Assembly (NCBI GenBank): GCA_964016885.1 | Contig: OZ024742.1 | Span: 271,188,001-271,252,000, forward strand | Length of the DNA stretch: 64,000 bases | Reading direction: 5' to 3' | Source: Eledone cirrhosa | Taxonomy: Eukaryota | In this document: positions 25,201 through 39,764 of the stretch, in pieces | How the letters are laid out: the number at the start of each line of letters is the position of its first letter | Position numbering within the stretch: the stretch's first letter is position 1 | Translations under genes and position numbers: made by a program | The notes under the pieces: model-generated | Seen by the model: the letters and a program-made list of their open reading frames with translations, nothing else | Databases searched by the model: none | What the model was told of the DNA's origin: nothing

Positions 25201-26805
25201 TCGGTACATCTACATATGTACACGTGTGTGTATTCATATGCATACTAGTATTTCAGTATACATATGTGGATGTACATTTTTAATTTAATTGTTTAAGCGT
25301 CAGTCATACAAAAGTGAGTTACAAACGAAACGAAATTTAATTTCGTTTCGTTATTTGTTTTTATCGTCTCCGCTGAACCGGTACATACTCACGCTCTATG
25401 CAAATTAGTCTGCCCACTACTAATTTTCATAGAAAAAGCATATAACGATATGTTCTTTTACGATTCTCTAGAAAGGCCGGAAGATAGGTAAATATTGCTG
25501 ATGAGATGTAACAACATCGAAACTAGTCCAATATTCCTTGTCTGGCTTTCTGGAGAATAGAGGAAAGGTGTTTCCTCGAAAACCAGTATGACTCTAAAAA
25601 CCGGTTTGTCTGTGTGTTTACATACAGAATAGCTGGACACTCACAGTAAAGTGTCCAGTGAAAAACTCGGTACATCTACATATGTACACGTGTGTGTATT
25701 CATATGCATACTAGTATTTCAGTATACATATGTGGATGTACATTTTTAATTTAATTGTTTAAGCGTCAGTCATACAAAAGTGAGTTACAAACGAAACGAA
25801 ATTTAATTTCGTTTCGTTATTTGTTTTTATCGTCTCCGCTGAACCGGTACGTACTCACGCTCTATGCAAATTAGTCTGCCCACTACTAATTTTCATAGAA
25901 AAAGCATATAACGATATGTTCTTTTACGATTCTCTAGAAAGGCCGGAAGATAGGTAAATATTGCTGATGAGATGTAACAACATCGAAACTAGTCCAATAT
26001 TCCTTGTCTGGCTTTCTGGAGAATAGAGGAAAGGTGTTTCCTCGAAAACCAGTATGACTCTAAAAACCGGTTTGTCTGTGTGTTTACATACAGAATAGCT
26101 GGACACTCACAGTAAAGTGTCCAGTGAAAAACTCGGTACATCTACATATGTACACGTGTGTGTATTCATATGCATACTAGTATTTCAGTATACATATGTG
26201 GATGTACATTTTTAATTTAATTGTTTAAGCGTCAGTCATACAAAAGTGAGTTACAAACGAAACGAAATTTAATTTCGTTTCGTTATTTGTTTTTATCGTC
26301 TCCGCTGAACCGGTACGTACTCACGCTCTATGCAAATTAGTCTGCCCACTACTAATTTTCATAGAAAAAGCATATAACGATATGTTCTTTTACGATTCTC
26401 TAGAAAGGCCGGAAGATAGGTAAATATTGCTGATGAGATGTAACAACATCGAAACTAGTCCAATATTCCTTGTCTGGCTTTCTGGAGAATAGAGGAAAGG
26501 TGTTTCCTCGAAAACCAGTATGACTCTAAAAACCGGTTTGTCTGTGTGTTTACATACAGAATAGCTGGACACTCACAGTAAAGTGTCCAGTGAAAAACTC
26601 GGTACATCTACATATGTACACGTGTGTGTATTCATATGCATACTAGTATTTCAGTATACATATGTGGATGTACATTTTTAATTTAATTGTTTAAGCGTCA
26701 GTCATACAAAAGTGAGTTACAAACGAAACGAAATTTAATTTCGTTTCGTTATTTGTTTTTATATATATATACATATATATATATACATATATATATACAT
26801 ATATG

Positions 26806-26921
<116 letters not shown>

Positions 26922-26929
26922 TAAGACAT

Positions 26930-28165
26930 TAAGCCAGGCACCGCTGTTGATTTGCGACTGTGAGCGAAAACCTACGAGCTGTTGCTAGTCGAGCTGGCAA
27001 ACTCGCCTGTCCAAAGCCATATAGCACTGTATGGTATCACATATGTTCTTCGGGGATTTGTCTTCTACGGTAGGAATAGAAGGGCTGACATCTGCTGGGC
27101 GGTGGCCGAAGCGATTTCATGTCTCGCAGGCAATCCGTCCCATGCTGCCTGATCACAGTCGGTTCCCTTGTTTTGTGGATAACTCTGTTGATGAGGATGC
27201 TGCATGTAGGTACCGACGAAAGTAAACAAGCGAGGCCGGACACCGGAGACCAAAGCCACAGTTTCTTACATGTAAGGTGGCCTGTTGCCATCAAAATTCG
27301 TCAAACCTTACGTTGCATATCTTCAGTTTCCACGTGGATACATGTATCGAAGTCAGGGAGGAGGGATGCGTGACATAAGAAGGAGAGCTACGAAATGTGT
27401 AAAGGAGCTTCAGCATGGCATAGCAGTTCCTCAACAGAAAGAGGCTTCGTTGGGCGTTAATCATACTCAGGGTGTTCATGAGGGTCGGGATCTCGTGGAG
27501 TTTCGAACTGATGGGGGAGCAAATTGCCAGCGGGAGGATCGACGACCCGAGCATGTGAACATCCTCTGTCGGTGAAAGCTGCACCTGGCGGAGAATGCAT
27601 CGCATTTCGAAGACGGGGGATGAAAAAGCTCTCTACTTTGTGGTTGAGAGTCACTGCCTCCGCCTTGGATGCGTTTACTTTGAAGTCTATTCTTTCCAGA
27701 GCAATAACCACAGATCGGAGGACATGGCAGACATATTGCAGAGGCTGGACAAACGTCGCATTATCCTGATATAAAATGTTACAACGGACTGTGATGCTCC
27801 GTGCAATGTGTTCTATACCGAGAGCAATCATGAGAGGGCCGAAAGCCTCACCCTATTGGACGCCAGTGGCTGAAGATATGACCTAGTTAGCAGCTAGGAA
27901 CATGCTAGACGCTTCATACAAGTAGTCCAGCGGGTCGGGAGATGGGGCTCGGCTGATGCGCCCCGAGCAGATGGTCACTCGAAGCTGCTTCCGGTAGACA
28001 GCTGCATGTGCGGCCCCCTCACACGTACAGGATACGCCGACGCCTAGTAACAACAATTTGAATTGGCCAGGTGGGAGACCATCAGTGTCTCCACTCCAGC
28101 TGTTAGGGATGGACATAATGGCAGCCCTGATGTCTTCATCAGATGCCATAAAGGGCAGGTGATGA
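26930..28165 (-). mobile_element. Decayed CRE-clade non-LTR retrotransposon RT fragment
   Basis: DEDIRAAIMSIPNSWSGDTDGL (SxGxDG-like) and SATGVQ-GEAFGPLMIALGI (GVQQGDPLGP-like), with decayed DD region and LKVNASK. Confidence 0.65.
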
Positions 28166-28289
28166 TCTTCAATATTTTCCTGGTTAAGTACATAGATAAA
28201 GATCATATGCAGGGATTTTAATCTCCATGCACCTGTTAGTTCTCGAAATAACGTCATTACATGCTCTAACATGAACCCTTAAATGTATA

Positions 28290-29260
28290 TTTCAACGTGG
28301 CGGCGCAAGTCGGGAGTCAGCTCCCCCTCGAGCAACATGTCCACCATTATAATTGAAGCTAGGGTGGAGGAGCAGCCAAATCATTGACCATCTGGAACAA
28401 ATTTGTGGGAACAATGCTCCTACGAAATACATAACCAAAAGTAGATGAGGTTGAAGATAATCCCCGTAGTGGCTGGCGATCCACGTCAGTCTCTGTGGAA
28501 AATATCGGTGCTATCCGTGACCTAATTGAAAAGATAGGCGATTAACCACTGAATCAGTAGCCGACACACTCAACATCTCCATGGTTTCTGCACACGCAAT
28601 TCTGGTGGAGAGTTTATAGTGGAGCGTACTTTACGCTCGATAGGTCCCAAATTGTTGCGCACAGATAAGCAGCAAACAAGAGCAGATCATTCGATGATAA
28701 TTTTTAACAAGCGGGATGAAGACACTGAAGCTTTTTTGCAGAGAATTGTTACGGGGAGGAAATTTGGCTCTACCAGTACGATGCCGAAGAAAACCTGAAA
28801 CACAAAGTCGCTGCCAAGGGTAGAATTGGGCCAGTCAAGGCAAAATCAAATCGTTTAAGAAGGAAGTGTATGCCGACAGCGTCGGCACAGGGGTATTTGG
28901 CCGGTTGACTTCCTCGAGCACAGTTACAGTTGCGTATTATGAAGTCATTTTGAGAAAACTGGCCAAGAAAATCGCGGCAAAATGCCTGTGGAAGCTGCAT
29001 CGGCGCGTTCTCTTCCAGCATGACAATGCATAACAGCTCATGTCTTGCTCAGCAGACATGAGCTGTTATACAAATTTCGATAAGAAATCATCCAACACCC
29101 TATTTACAATTCCAATTTATCCCCATACTACTTCTTTTCGTTTCTAAATCTGAAAAAATAATTGAAAGGTACCCTTATGCTTTTTAAAAAAAATACATCA
29201 TAACTTAAACCGTTTTTTGCAACTGTCCTTTATCAATGAACATTTTGAAGCACCATTGTA
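28290..29260 (+). mobile_element. Decayed Tc1/mariner transposase
   Basis: Fragments resemble EDNPRSG.R (HTH), LNISMVSAHAIL, R.VPKLL, FLQRIVTG.E.W.YQYD, QHDNA, HP.Y..NL.P..FF.F.NLKK.LKG. Confidence 0.8.
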
Positions 29261-29459
29261 TATGCGTAGCACACTTGATCCTGGCTAATTCCTTGCGTTT
29301 ATCAACAGTGAGACATCCTCTTTTGATAATCTTGTAGGTCTGTTTCACCTCTCTGGATATTTCTTCCAGACATATAAAAACATGTATACCGTGTTAATTA
29401 TGATGATAGTGATGGCGGTGGTGATAACGGTGACAGTGAAGTTTGTTTGGTGGTGATGA

Positions 29460-29531
<72 letters not shown>

Positions 29532-30514
29532 TGATTAAGTAAATGTCCCGTGTTGTAGTTTTGATGATATTTTCTGAGTTGCTCTTGCTGATGACAGCTA
29601 CTTATGCTCGAGAGTAAAGGGATTGCCAGCTTGGAATGACTGGGAACTGTACACACATATACATTTATATGTTGTTGTTGCTGATCTTTTTGTTATTGTT
29701 TTTGTTGTCACTGTTGCTGGCGTTGGCTTTCTCTTGTTAATGGTGGTAATGCTTGTGACTGCTACCGATTACGGCTGTCAAGCTGGCTATAGAATCATCT
29801 TTTGTGGGTAAAACCAGAATAACTTCTTTGACTCAATATGCAGGGTCACAGGCTTTCGCAATTTTCGAATTTGTTGAAATTCTACTGAATTTCGTGGAGT
29901 GGGGTTGTCTGGAGTGGGTGTGTCGGGGAGGTGTATACGTGTTTAGGACCGTTCCAGGGTTGTTTGTTGGAGGAAATTTCCCCAATGGAAAGCTAGTTCT
30001 CTTATGTAAGTGTTGCTATTATTTTTCTTTTTATAATGCTGAGGAAATGTATCAACGACTTGGAGAAACTCACCAGCGGAGAAAACATTGTCTACGATGT
30101 GCACAATTATATATTCTGTCCGTAATGTATTCGGTTGTATTTTGGCATAGTTTCTAAGTTTGGTTATTTCTTTTATATTCTACATATTTGTTCGATTTAT
30201 TTAGACGGCTGTCTGTAATGTTTTAATCTGATGTAGATTTCGGTTTATGTTGTATCTGGGCTGGGAGGAGAAGGTTGTTGAATGCACATATATATATATA
30301 ATTCGTTATATGTGCATGAATACACTATTTGAGTCGACGTTCATCTAAACTATGATAAATAAGAAGCACGGGACTGCGTACGGTTTATAATTTGTTATAC
30401 CCTTAGTAAAATAAGTTGGATTACTTTGAATAAATTATGAATGCATATTACATAATTTATCCACTAAATTTCGTGGCTGTTCATTAAATATATTTTATTA
30501 CTTATTTAAAGATT

Positions 30515-30995
30515 CAATTCTTTAACATTTTCAAATGTCAACACTCCGGTTAGTGACCGTTTAAATTAATATTCATATATTTTCGGAATAATTTTCACCT
30601 AATGCAGATTATATATAATATCGTCTTTTTTTAATGGATTACGTAACTGATTAGATAAGACAGTGTAACACAGTCTTCGTTTAATTACTGTGTATATTGT
30701 CAATTACGATTTTATTTGATCATATCCACATGCATATATACTTGCGTATGATATCAATATACACACCACACATGCTAGCAGATATATAATATCGTCTTTT
30801 TTTTAATGTATCATGGATTATGTTACTGATTACATACGACAGTGTAACACAGTTTTCGTTCAATTTCTGAGTATATTGTCAATTACTATTTTATTTGATG
30901 TATCATATCTACATGCATATAGACTTGCGTATAATATCAATGAACACACTACACATGCTAGCAGAAACAATCCCGAAGGGTGGTTTTTCTGCTAG
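30515..30995 (+). mobile_element. Helitron-like non-autonomous 3' end with internal ~175-bp duplication (homologue ~36075-36444)
   Basis: Both copies end in a hairpin around CCCGAAGGG followed by CTAG|T. Confidence 0.55.
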
Positions 30996-31547
30996 TAATG
31001 ATAATGATTTTTGCAATTGTATTTGGAAAAGATTCTCCCCGGTGATTGATTAGCTTCATGATTTTTTATTTCTTCAAACGCCTACGGCAACATTTATCCC
31101 GAAATCCTTTGTTCCTTATGCTACTCGTCAATATGCTGATTAAAGCCAAGGTCACATGCACGTATTCAAATAAAAGGTCGTATTGTGACTGATATTAAAG
31201 GGGAGATTCCCCATCCTAATCTATGAATGATGCTCTCAATAAATAAATCAATACTGTATTTGTCATAGGCAGACTTTGGGCGGCCTTAACGTCGAGCAGC
31301 ATCCTATGCGGCCCACTGCTCGAAAAGGTTTGCCCCTGCCTGTATTATACTATTCTATATTTATTTAATATACATTTTACTGAAGATGATTTTCACAATT
31401 AAAATTAATTTACGAGCAAGTAACATGATTTCAACTCACTGGACACATGATAGCAATCAAGTTGGAGTCTCTCCCTTGATTGCCTCTCATTCCTATCCAC
31501 CAATGTAGAGTTCTCATTGAAACAACTTCGTGTACACACACATACAT

Positions 31548-31611
<64 letters not shown>

Positions 31612-31939
31612 CCACGCACATATATATATAGATGCTAATCACCCCAATAAAAACTTTACCCAATAACATCTCCAAATAACAACAACAAACCATAATATTA
31701 TGAGACGTGTATGAAGAAATCAGGCAGTAGCACGAAATGGAACATACAGCTTATTCTAACAATTTCGTCTATATTACGCATACACAAACGAAGCGATACA
31801 GTAAAGTTAAACTTCAAAGCTCTGAAGGAAAGACAAGGTCACGCAAATACTTCTAATTCTTGGAAGAATGACTGTATCCTCTAACACACTATGAATACGC
31901 TCAAATTCCCAATTTCTGTACATTGGCAAAATAAATAAT

Positions 31940-32530
31940 ATTTTTAAAGCCCGACAAAATCTCAAGTGAGACAATATCATATCGATCCATGACGGTTATA
32001 TTTGTACCCGCAAAAATATGTAACGCTAATTCGTGACATCATTGAAGAGCCCAAGTATTTCTGGAATTCACAAAGCGGATTCAGGCCTGCACGCGATTCA
32101 GAGACAATTATACAAAATGCATGTTTTCTTCAACGCACGTACAATAGTATGCATCAACGCCCTCAGGATATATTGGGTATTTCTTCCCCATTGGCCACTC
32201 ATGTAAAAATGGTGAATATTTGAAAATATAAACAACTAAATTGTTGGCTAGAAGCTATTTGGCGCTGACTGGGGCCCAAACACTCTTGTGCATAAGAACA
32301 ATAACGGAATACCACAAGGATCTGCAATATTTGCAAATCTTTTCATCCTGTAGCTACATGAACTTCACTCATAACCCAAACCTTACAGACGTACTCATAC
32401 GGCATGACACTCATATCCTGCAGCATTTGCCCATACATTGCAACGTATCTACGTCAAACCTGTTTAAATCCCTGGCATTGTGACACCATAACAACATATT
32501 ATCATCTAAGGTATCCAAAGTTTCTCAGCT
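31940..32530 (+). pseudogene. Highly decayed LINE RT fragment
   Basis: Only the SQSGFRPARD motif (QxGFR) is recognisable. Confidence 0.35.
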
Positions 32531-33707
32531 TCGTTCAGCAATAGGGAACTTCAAAAAGGCTGTTATCTCACTAAACAACATCAACAAACACAAAGAATGG
32601 ATACGTATATAAACCCATATAGAAAATGTTCTGTCATAATATAACATACATCTAATATCGTTGAGAATATTTAAGATGCGCACATATTTTAGCAACAGCA
32701 TCTTTAGTGTAGCCAACATCAACATCCATATCTCCAACCAAAGACACCATCATTCCCTATTTACAAAACCCTTATTATCACTCGCAACACCACTGCAAAC
32801 ATCAACACTAACACAAACACCATCACAATTACAAACTCCACCTCTAGCAACGCTATCAACATTACCATCACTAACAATACTACGTTTACGAACAACAATT
32901 AAAAGCCAATCACCATTCTCCAAACCATACACTATTAGTACAACCATCTGTACGGACACACATGTCACCTTAACCAAACCTACCACCAACATTACTAGCA
33001 ACTCGAAATAATCACTTCCACTACAGACATATGCACCACCCAATCTCACTTGCAGCAGAACTATCAACATCACACTAGCATTATCATCACCATAAATTCT
33101 AATCTAGTGAACATAACGACTAACATAAACATCATTACTATTATAAACATCACACCCAGAAATATCACGATCACCACCACCAACGCTGCCACCTCTGCAA
33201 TCATCGCCAATATCAATGCCTACTCCTTTACTCCACTTACGCCAGTAACACAGCCACTGATCTCAATACCCCCACATCACCAACACCACTACCATCTCCA
33301 TCAAAAATCACTTGTATAACTATCATTACCACAATCCTACTCCAGTCAACAACTCTTAAAAACAACAAACCCAGCCCATTTTATTTAATTATCAAATCAA
33401 GGTCGAGAAACAAAGAGAGTAGGGAGAGGGAAAACTAGAAAGAGTTGGAAATTTAGAGAGCTATATGAGGAAAAAAGTGGAATTAAGAGGAATACAGTGT
33501 TATAGGCGAGAATGATTTCATGATAGCGATCTGAGAGAGAGCGAGAGAAAAAAATAGAGACATACATAATGAAAAACGGGGAGTGATAGAATGAGAGACA
33601 GGGGCTAAAAATTAATATATAAAAGAGAGAAAAATTGAATTTGAGATATAGAGACATCCATGTATAAGTGTATGTTGCGAAAGAAGTCCAATAGATATGT
33701 ATGTATG

Positions 33708-33979
<272 letters not shown>

Positions 33980-33982
33980 TAC

Positions 33983-34466
33983 ATAACAACTAGAAATTGA
34001 TTAACATATAAATAACATATGAAACAATCACAGGGGATAATTTTTACACATAGCTAGGTAGGTAACTAAATAAAGTTAACTAAAACTTCAAAAATAGATA
34101 CCTTAATAATGTGATTAATCTTCCCTCTATATATTCCATTAAAGAAATATATTTCACCAATTAACGTGTTACTGGCCAGTCGCTGATTTGAACTTAATGA
34201 GTAAACACAGATCGCTGGACTTCTTCCTTGTTGAAAATCCAAGTATCGGCCTCCGTCGTTTACCATTCGATTAATTGGTGAAATATATTTCTTTAATGGA
34301 ATATATACAAGGAAGATTAATCATATTATAAGGTATCTATTTTTGAAGTTCTAGTTAACTTTATTTAGTTACCTACCTAGCTATGTGTGCTTACACACTT
34401 GTAAACATTATCCCCTGTGATTGTTTCATATGTTTATTTATATGTTAATCAATTTCTAGTTGTTAT
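33983..34466. repeat. Fold-back repeat, ~180-195-bp arms, ~105-bp spacer; arm homologous to 5043-5246
   Basis: 33983-34164 is complementary to 34271-34466. Confidence 0.85.
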
Positions 34467-34590
34467 AAAATGCTCGGACCTATTCATTAGAATCTTGGAG
34501 CTTATTTTACGGGTGATATGGCGCATGCCTTTCTGGCATGACACCCATCATTTTGATTTAGATTAAATTCATTTTGATTTATCTTAATGT

Positions 34591-34676
<86 letters not shown>

Positions 34677-35334
34677 CAGAGCGAGAGAGAGAGAGAGAGG
34701 GAGAGATAGCATCGATAACATTAGGTACATGTGGAGCAAGAAGACAGAAAAGTAGAATCAGCGATTGGTATTGGGGGAAGAGAGCGAGACTGAGAGTGAT
34801 AACATTAGAGAGAAACAGTGGTTTTTGATAATTTGAACATTGGGTCTAATTGATTTGATTACCAAACAATGTATAGTTAACGCAATTTTGGTGGATACAA
34901 TTAGATATATGTAGCACCGTCTTCTTGCTGGCATCTAGAGTTACATTTGAGCTCTTGCTCTATACTAAATTGCCTATGCATCATTCGTTTTCAAATACTT
35001 AAACAGATAATTGTAAGCGAAGAAGATATAAAGCAGAAGCATACGAGATGTATTCAAATAAATCTTACATAATACTACATAGACGTTTATAGAAAGTTAT
35101 GACGCTGCGTTCTGCTTTTTAATTGAGGACAAAATGCGCTTGTACGATATATATTTGTAGGAAATAGTATGGTTAATGTAGTTATGTTTTATTTAATTCT
35201 GAGGCATCTATTATTGAATTCCAATATTAAAGATGGAACATATGTAAATTAAAATATGCTATATTTAGCAGTGTTTGGTTTTACTCTTCAAAATATATAT
35301 ACACGCACACACACATACGCGCACACACTCACAC

Positions 35335-35432
<98 letters not shown>

Positions 35433-36450
35433 ATATATTATGTATATATATTATATTATATATATATTATAAAAAACGAGGAAGTTTCGTTTACACGTAT
35501 ATGATTGTTTCTTTTTGGTGCATCTACATGTTACGCGTGTTTCGCAGAGGATTGGCTCAAGGACATCAATAGGAGTTATAGACCCATTTCCATTCAGGGA
35601 TGTGACAAAAAATATCTTGCTTGTTATGGTTTTTGAAATGATGGCTGTATATATAAGCATCGACCCAATTTTTGTGTGTTTCGGCGTATGTAAATATTGA
35701 AGTGTAATTGTGTGGTGGGTAGCTTTGTGCGTGTATATTCATATGTTTATTCATGTGAGGGTGTATGCGTGCGAGTGTGGACGGAAACGTGTCTGTCTGT
35801 TCGCGCGCGTGGGCGCGTATTGTTATGTACATTGGACGTTCAATGACCGCTTTTAGTGTACTAGGAAGCTGAATGGGAGGATGACCATATAGGTGGTGGG
35901 GGATGTCATGCTAGGATGACCCAGTAAGAGGCCATCGTATCAGTAATAACATTTCACATTTGCCGACGCCAGACACCAAGTGAATGCGAAAATAAATAAA
36001 TAAATGTATAAACAAATAATTAAATGATTGTGTTCATCTTATATATAGTGATTGCTTATTTTCAGATTACATTTTTATTTCATTTTCAAATGTAAACACT
36101 TCCGGTTGTCATAACACATTGCCGTACGCTATCTCACATGACTTTTATAAACGTTCATATATTCGCTTCGTTACATAACATTTAAATTTTCGACGATTAT
36201 TTTCTGCTTTTTTCCTTTTCCTAATATTTCGCCGTAATGCAGTTTATATATAATATCGAATTTTTTAAATGTATGGATTACTTTACTGATTACAGAAGAG
36301 AGAGCGACACAGAGCGTGTGAATATTTTAAGTTATGTTTTTATTTGACGTATCATATCTACATGTATATATATTTGCGTATATTATCAAAATGGACACTG
36401 CATATGATAGCAGAAAAACTCCCGAAGGGTAGTTTTTTGGCTAGTATAAA

Positions 36451-36607
36451 TAATTCTTTCTACTTTTAGTACAAGGCCAGCAATTACCCAGTACATTACT
36501 GGATGAAAGGCAAAGTTAATCCCGGCGGGATTTGAACTCAGTCTGTAACGGGACATAACTATGATGGAAACCATGGCGTCCGACTCTCTACCGATACTGC
36601 CAATCCA
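36451..36607 (-). mobile_element. tRNA-derived octopus-type SINE (Meta-domain-like)
   Basis: TGGCAGTATCGG A-box, GAGTTCAAATCC B-box and ACTTTGCCTTTCATCC core. Homologous to 43015-43200. Confidence 0.8.
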
Positions 36608-36715
36608 AATAAAAGTAGAAAATAATAACAGGGAAAAAAATACATATATATGTATATATGCACAAACACACACACACACACACAACACGGACATATATAT
36701 ATATATATCTATATA

Positions 36716-36764
<49 letters not shown>

Positions 36765-37504
36765 GAAATGGTGTATATATATTATTAAATGATTCTATGG
36801 ACATATTTTATAGTATATTGCTCTGATTATTTAATTTATTAATTCATCATTGAGCCACATCGTGAATGGTTGGCAAAACATATATATCTGTGACTTTGTC
36901 TAGTGTGTGTATATGTAAATATTTATATTTAATAATCTCCCATAAGGTTGAGATGCAATTTGGGCAATATTGGGCTGCCCTTTCTAGCAACCAGCCAACT
37001 CACCGTAAGCAACCAATCACATTCTTTCTAACTTGACTACTGCTACGTCACAGTTCTTAGCCATTTTGAATTCGTTTCTGGCGGAGATCAATTAAGAAAA
37101 TCCTTTGTCCAAATGAGTTTGCTTCCTGACGAGTTCGAAGCTCAAGATTTTATCCTTAATAGGATATTTCCGAAACCGAACGACACGCTAGGGTAGAAAA
37201 GTGATCCTGGTATGTGTATATGCATTTTCTTCTAACTTTAATTTTATACCTAATTGTGTATGGTTTACGGTATATTTAATCGATTTCCACGTGCTGTTGA
37301 AATGTTGGGTAAATATTCTATGGTGGTTGGTCGCGAAGAGATTGGTGTAGTTTATTTATCTACTATTTCTTCATAGGTGACTTTTAACTTCATAGCCTAG
37401 TCTAATTGATTTTTGTGTGGTTAATTATGCTAATTGGGAGAGGAAATAGTGTATATATATTATCAAATGATTCTATGGACATACTTTATTATATATATAT
37501 ATAC

Positions 37505-37622
<118 letters not shown>

Positions 37623-38318
37623 GTATATAATATCTATTTAAACATCCATACAACGCCACACACACATACACACACCCTCACGCACCCTCATGCACACACA
37701 TATATCTACTATATAAATGGCAAATTCTGTCTTGCTGTGCGTAAGCAGTTGGCGTTTAAACCATTGATCAGGTCTGGATGAAACTTTACACACCTAATGC
37801 TAATATTGAGGAACATGACAGGCAAATTGGAATAATGGAACCCCTGGGGACATTAAAACCTCCCACTCACTACTCCCATTTCTCCTCCTACAACAAGGCA
37901 ACATCTTTTTATTTGTTCTTCATTCTGTAGACAAAGAGCGAGAGGGGATGAGAGAGAGGACTTAAAGAGAAAGAGAGGGAATGAGAGAGAGAGGATAAGA
38001 GAGGCGTGAGAGACAGAAAGATAGCCAAAGAAAGAGACAGGGGATATTAGGGAAGAGAGAAAGAAAACAGAAAAATGAAAACATAGTTCGATAGCTAACT
38101 TTTATTTATTTATTTTTTAAACGCTTCTTAGCTAACTTCTTTCTTAATGTTACTTCTCTTTCTCTCTCTCTCTTTTACAAAAGTCGTAATGTGACTGTGT
38201 GTGTGTGAGTGCAGGCGCGTGTTTGTCTCGGCGTTCTTAAATTAGAGACAAGTGTGTATGTGCTTATCACCGTACATAAATTAGAGACATATATATCCCA
38301 GTCTACTGTCTCATGGAA

Positions 38319-38381
<63 letters not shown>

Positions 38382-38389
38382 ATGTATAT

Positions 38390-38453
38390 ACCAAGGGCGG
38401 TGCCCCAGCATGGCCTCAGCCGGATAGCTGAAACAGGTAAAAGAGTAAAAGAG

Positions 38454-38455
<2 letters not shown>
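38390..38455 (+). mobile_element. 3' tail fragment of an octopus SINE
   Basis: GGCGGTGCCCCAGCATGGCC...CTGAAACAGGTAAAAGAGTAAAAGAGTA resembles octopus SINE tails as I recall them. Confidence 0.55.
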
Positions 38456-38482
<27 letters not shown>

Positions 38483-38484
<2 letters not shown>

Positions 38485-39320
38485 GGCTAGAGCAGGATAT
38501 ACTGATAAAATTATGTACATCGATAATAGACAAACTAACCGAAATAACAACAATTTTAATCACAGTAACAACTTTAACAACTATAATAGAAAGCATTACA
38601 ATAATTCCCAAAACCAGAAAAGAAATAGAACTAGAAATATAATATGGTTTGCCCCCCCCCCCCCCTTTCTCACTAAACATTAAAACCCACATCGCTAAAC
38701 TATTTTTTAATGCTCTTGACAAACGCTTCCCTAGAACACATAAGTATCACTCAATTTTCAATAGACATACCATAAAATTAACATACTCGTCCACCAAAAT
38801 GTTAGCACAAAATATTAATAGAATAAATAATAGGAATCTAAAACCTAGCCAAAATACCGAAAATAGCCTAAACAATATTCAAGTAAACAACTGTAACTGT
38901 AGAGATAGATCTAAATGTCCGCTAAATAACAATTGCTTAGTTAAAAATATAATATACAACTGTAATGTTAAAACTGACTTAAATTCTTTTAATTATGTTG
39001 GTTCCACCTCGACAGAATTTAAACTTCGCTATAATAATCACAAGAATTCTTTCACGGATCCAAGTAAAAAATCTTCAACATCACTAGCAGGTTTACTCTG
39101 GCAACTTAAACATGATAACGTTGGATATTAGATGGTTTGGAATATAGTATCAAAAGGGATTCCTTTTAATTCCTCTTCTGAGACATGTGACCTCTGCGCG
39201 GAGGAGATATTCTTTATACTAAAATCTAAAAATTCCCTGAATTTACGGACCAATTTATTCAGCTGCTGCAGACATAGATTGAACTCAACTTTTAAATATA
39301 AATATAAATTTAAAATGTAG
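38483..39320 (+). pseudogene. Naiad-like PLE linker + GIY-YIG endonuclease (5'-truncated, frameshift and stop)
   Basis: RNIIWF.PP(F)S, IFNRHTIKLTYS, CNCRDRSKCPLNNNC, IIYNC...YVGSTSTEFKLRYNNHK, CDLCAEE and CRH. Confidence 0.88.
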
Positions 39321-39732
39321 TATATTTACCGAAGATATTTAACTATTTATGAAACTTGCCGATAAATCTTTCGATTCCTTCAATTTTTTAAAAACCTTCT
39401 GCATGAGTATATAAATTAATAAGATTAATTAAAGTACCCTATAATGGTGATGTTCCCAATCTATTGAATACATTTTTTAAGCTAGATAAACTTCTATAAT
39501 AAATATAAGAGCATTTGTAGAATAAATTTTTTTTTTCTGCTAAATAAGGTTTGTTGAATAATTTTGGTTTAGTTTACTTTTGATTATGATTGCTTCTAAT
39601 GAACTTGACAATATATTGTCAAATAAATTTGAAGGGTGGTTTTCTGTGTTTGATATGCGTGGCATACTATATTTTATTGCGTCCCTAGTTACTCTGTGGA
39701 GTGACGAAGATATTCTTGGCGTTTTTAATATA

Positions 39733-39764
<32 letters not shown>

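Larger units (their letters stand above)
20922..26762. repeat. Retrozyme family A: 466-bp tandem array (~2.3 inverted + ~10.2 direct units) with 12 hammerhead ribozymes
   Basis: The period is 466 bp (one unit is 465). CTGATGA cores start at 22237, 22703, 23169, 23634, 24100, 24566, 25032, 25498, 25964 and 26430 (+), and lie at 21179-21185 and 21645-21651 (-). The inversion junction is at ~22004-22023, with (TA)n on both sides. Confidence 0.95.

Noticed and set aside
21043-26572. Repeated 60-aa ORF MSSYSVCKHTDK... as a tandem gene family
   Set aside because: It starts at GTG, lies antisense to the HHR, has no recognisable domain and has no counterpart in family B. It is a by-product of the repeat.
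20922-26762. CRISPR array, or 5S/snRNA/tRNA gene cluster
   Set aside because: There are no unique spacers, the context is eukaryotic, and I see no recognisable 5S, U snRNA or tRNA sequence in the unit.
32660-33370. Thr/Ile/His-rich ORFs resembling a mucin
   Set aside because: Degenerate ACC/ATC low-complexity sequence, open only briefly in several frames.
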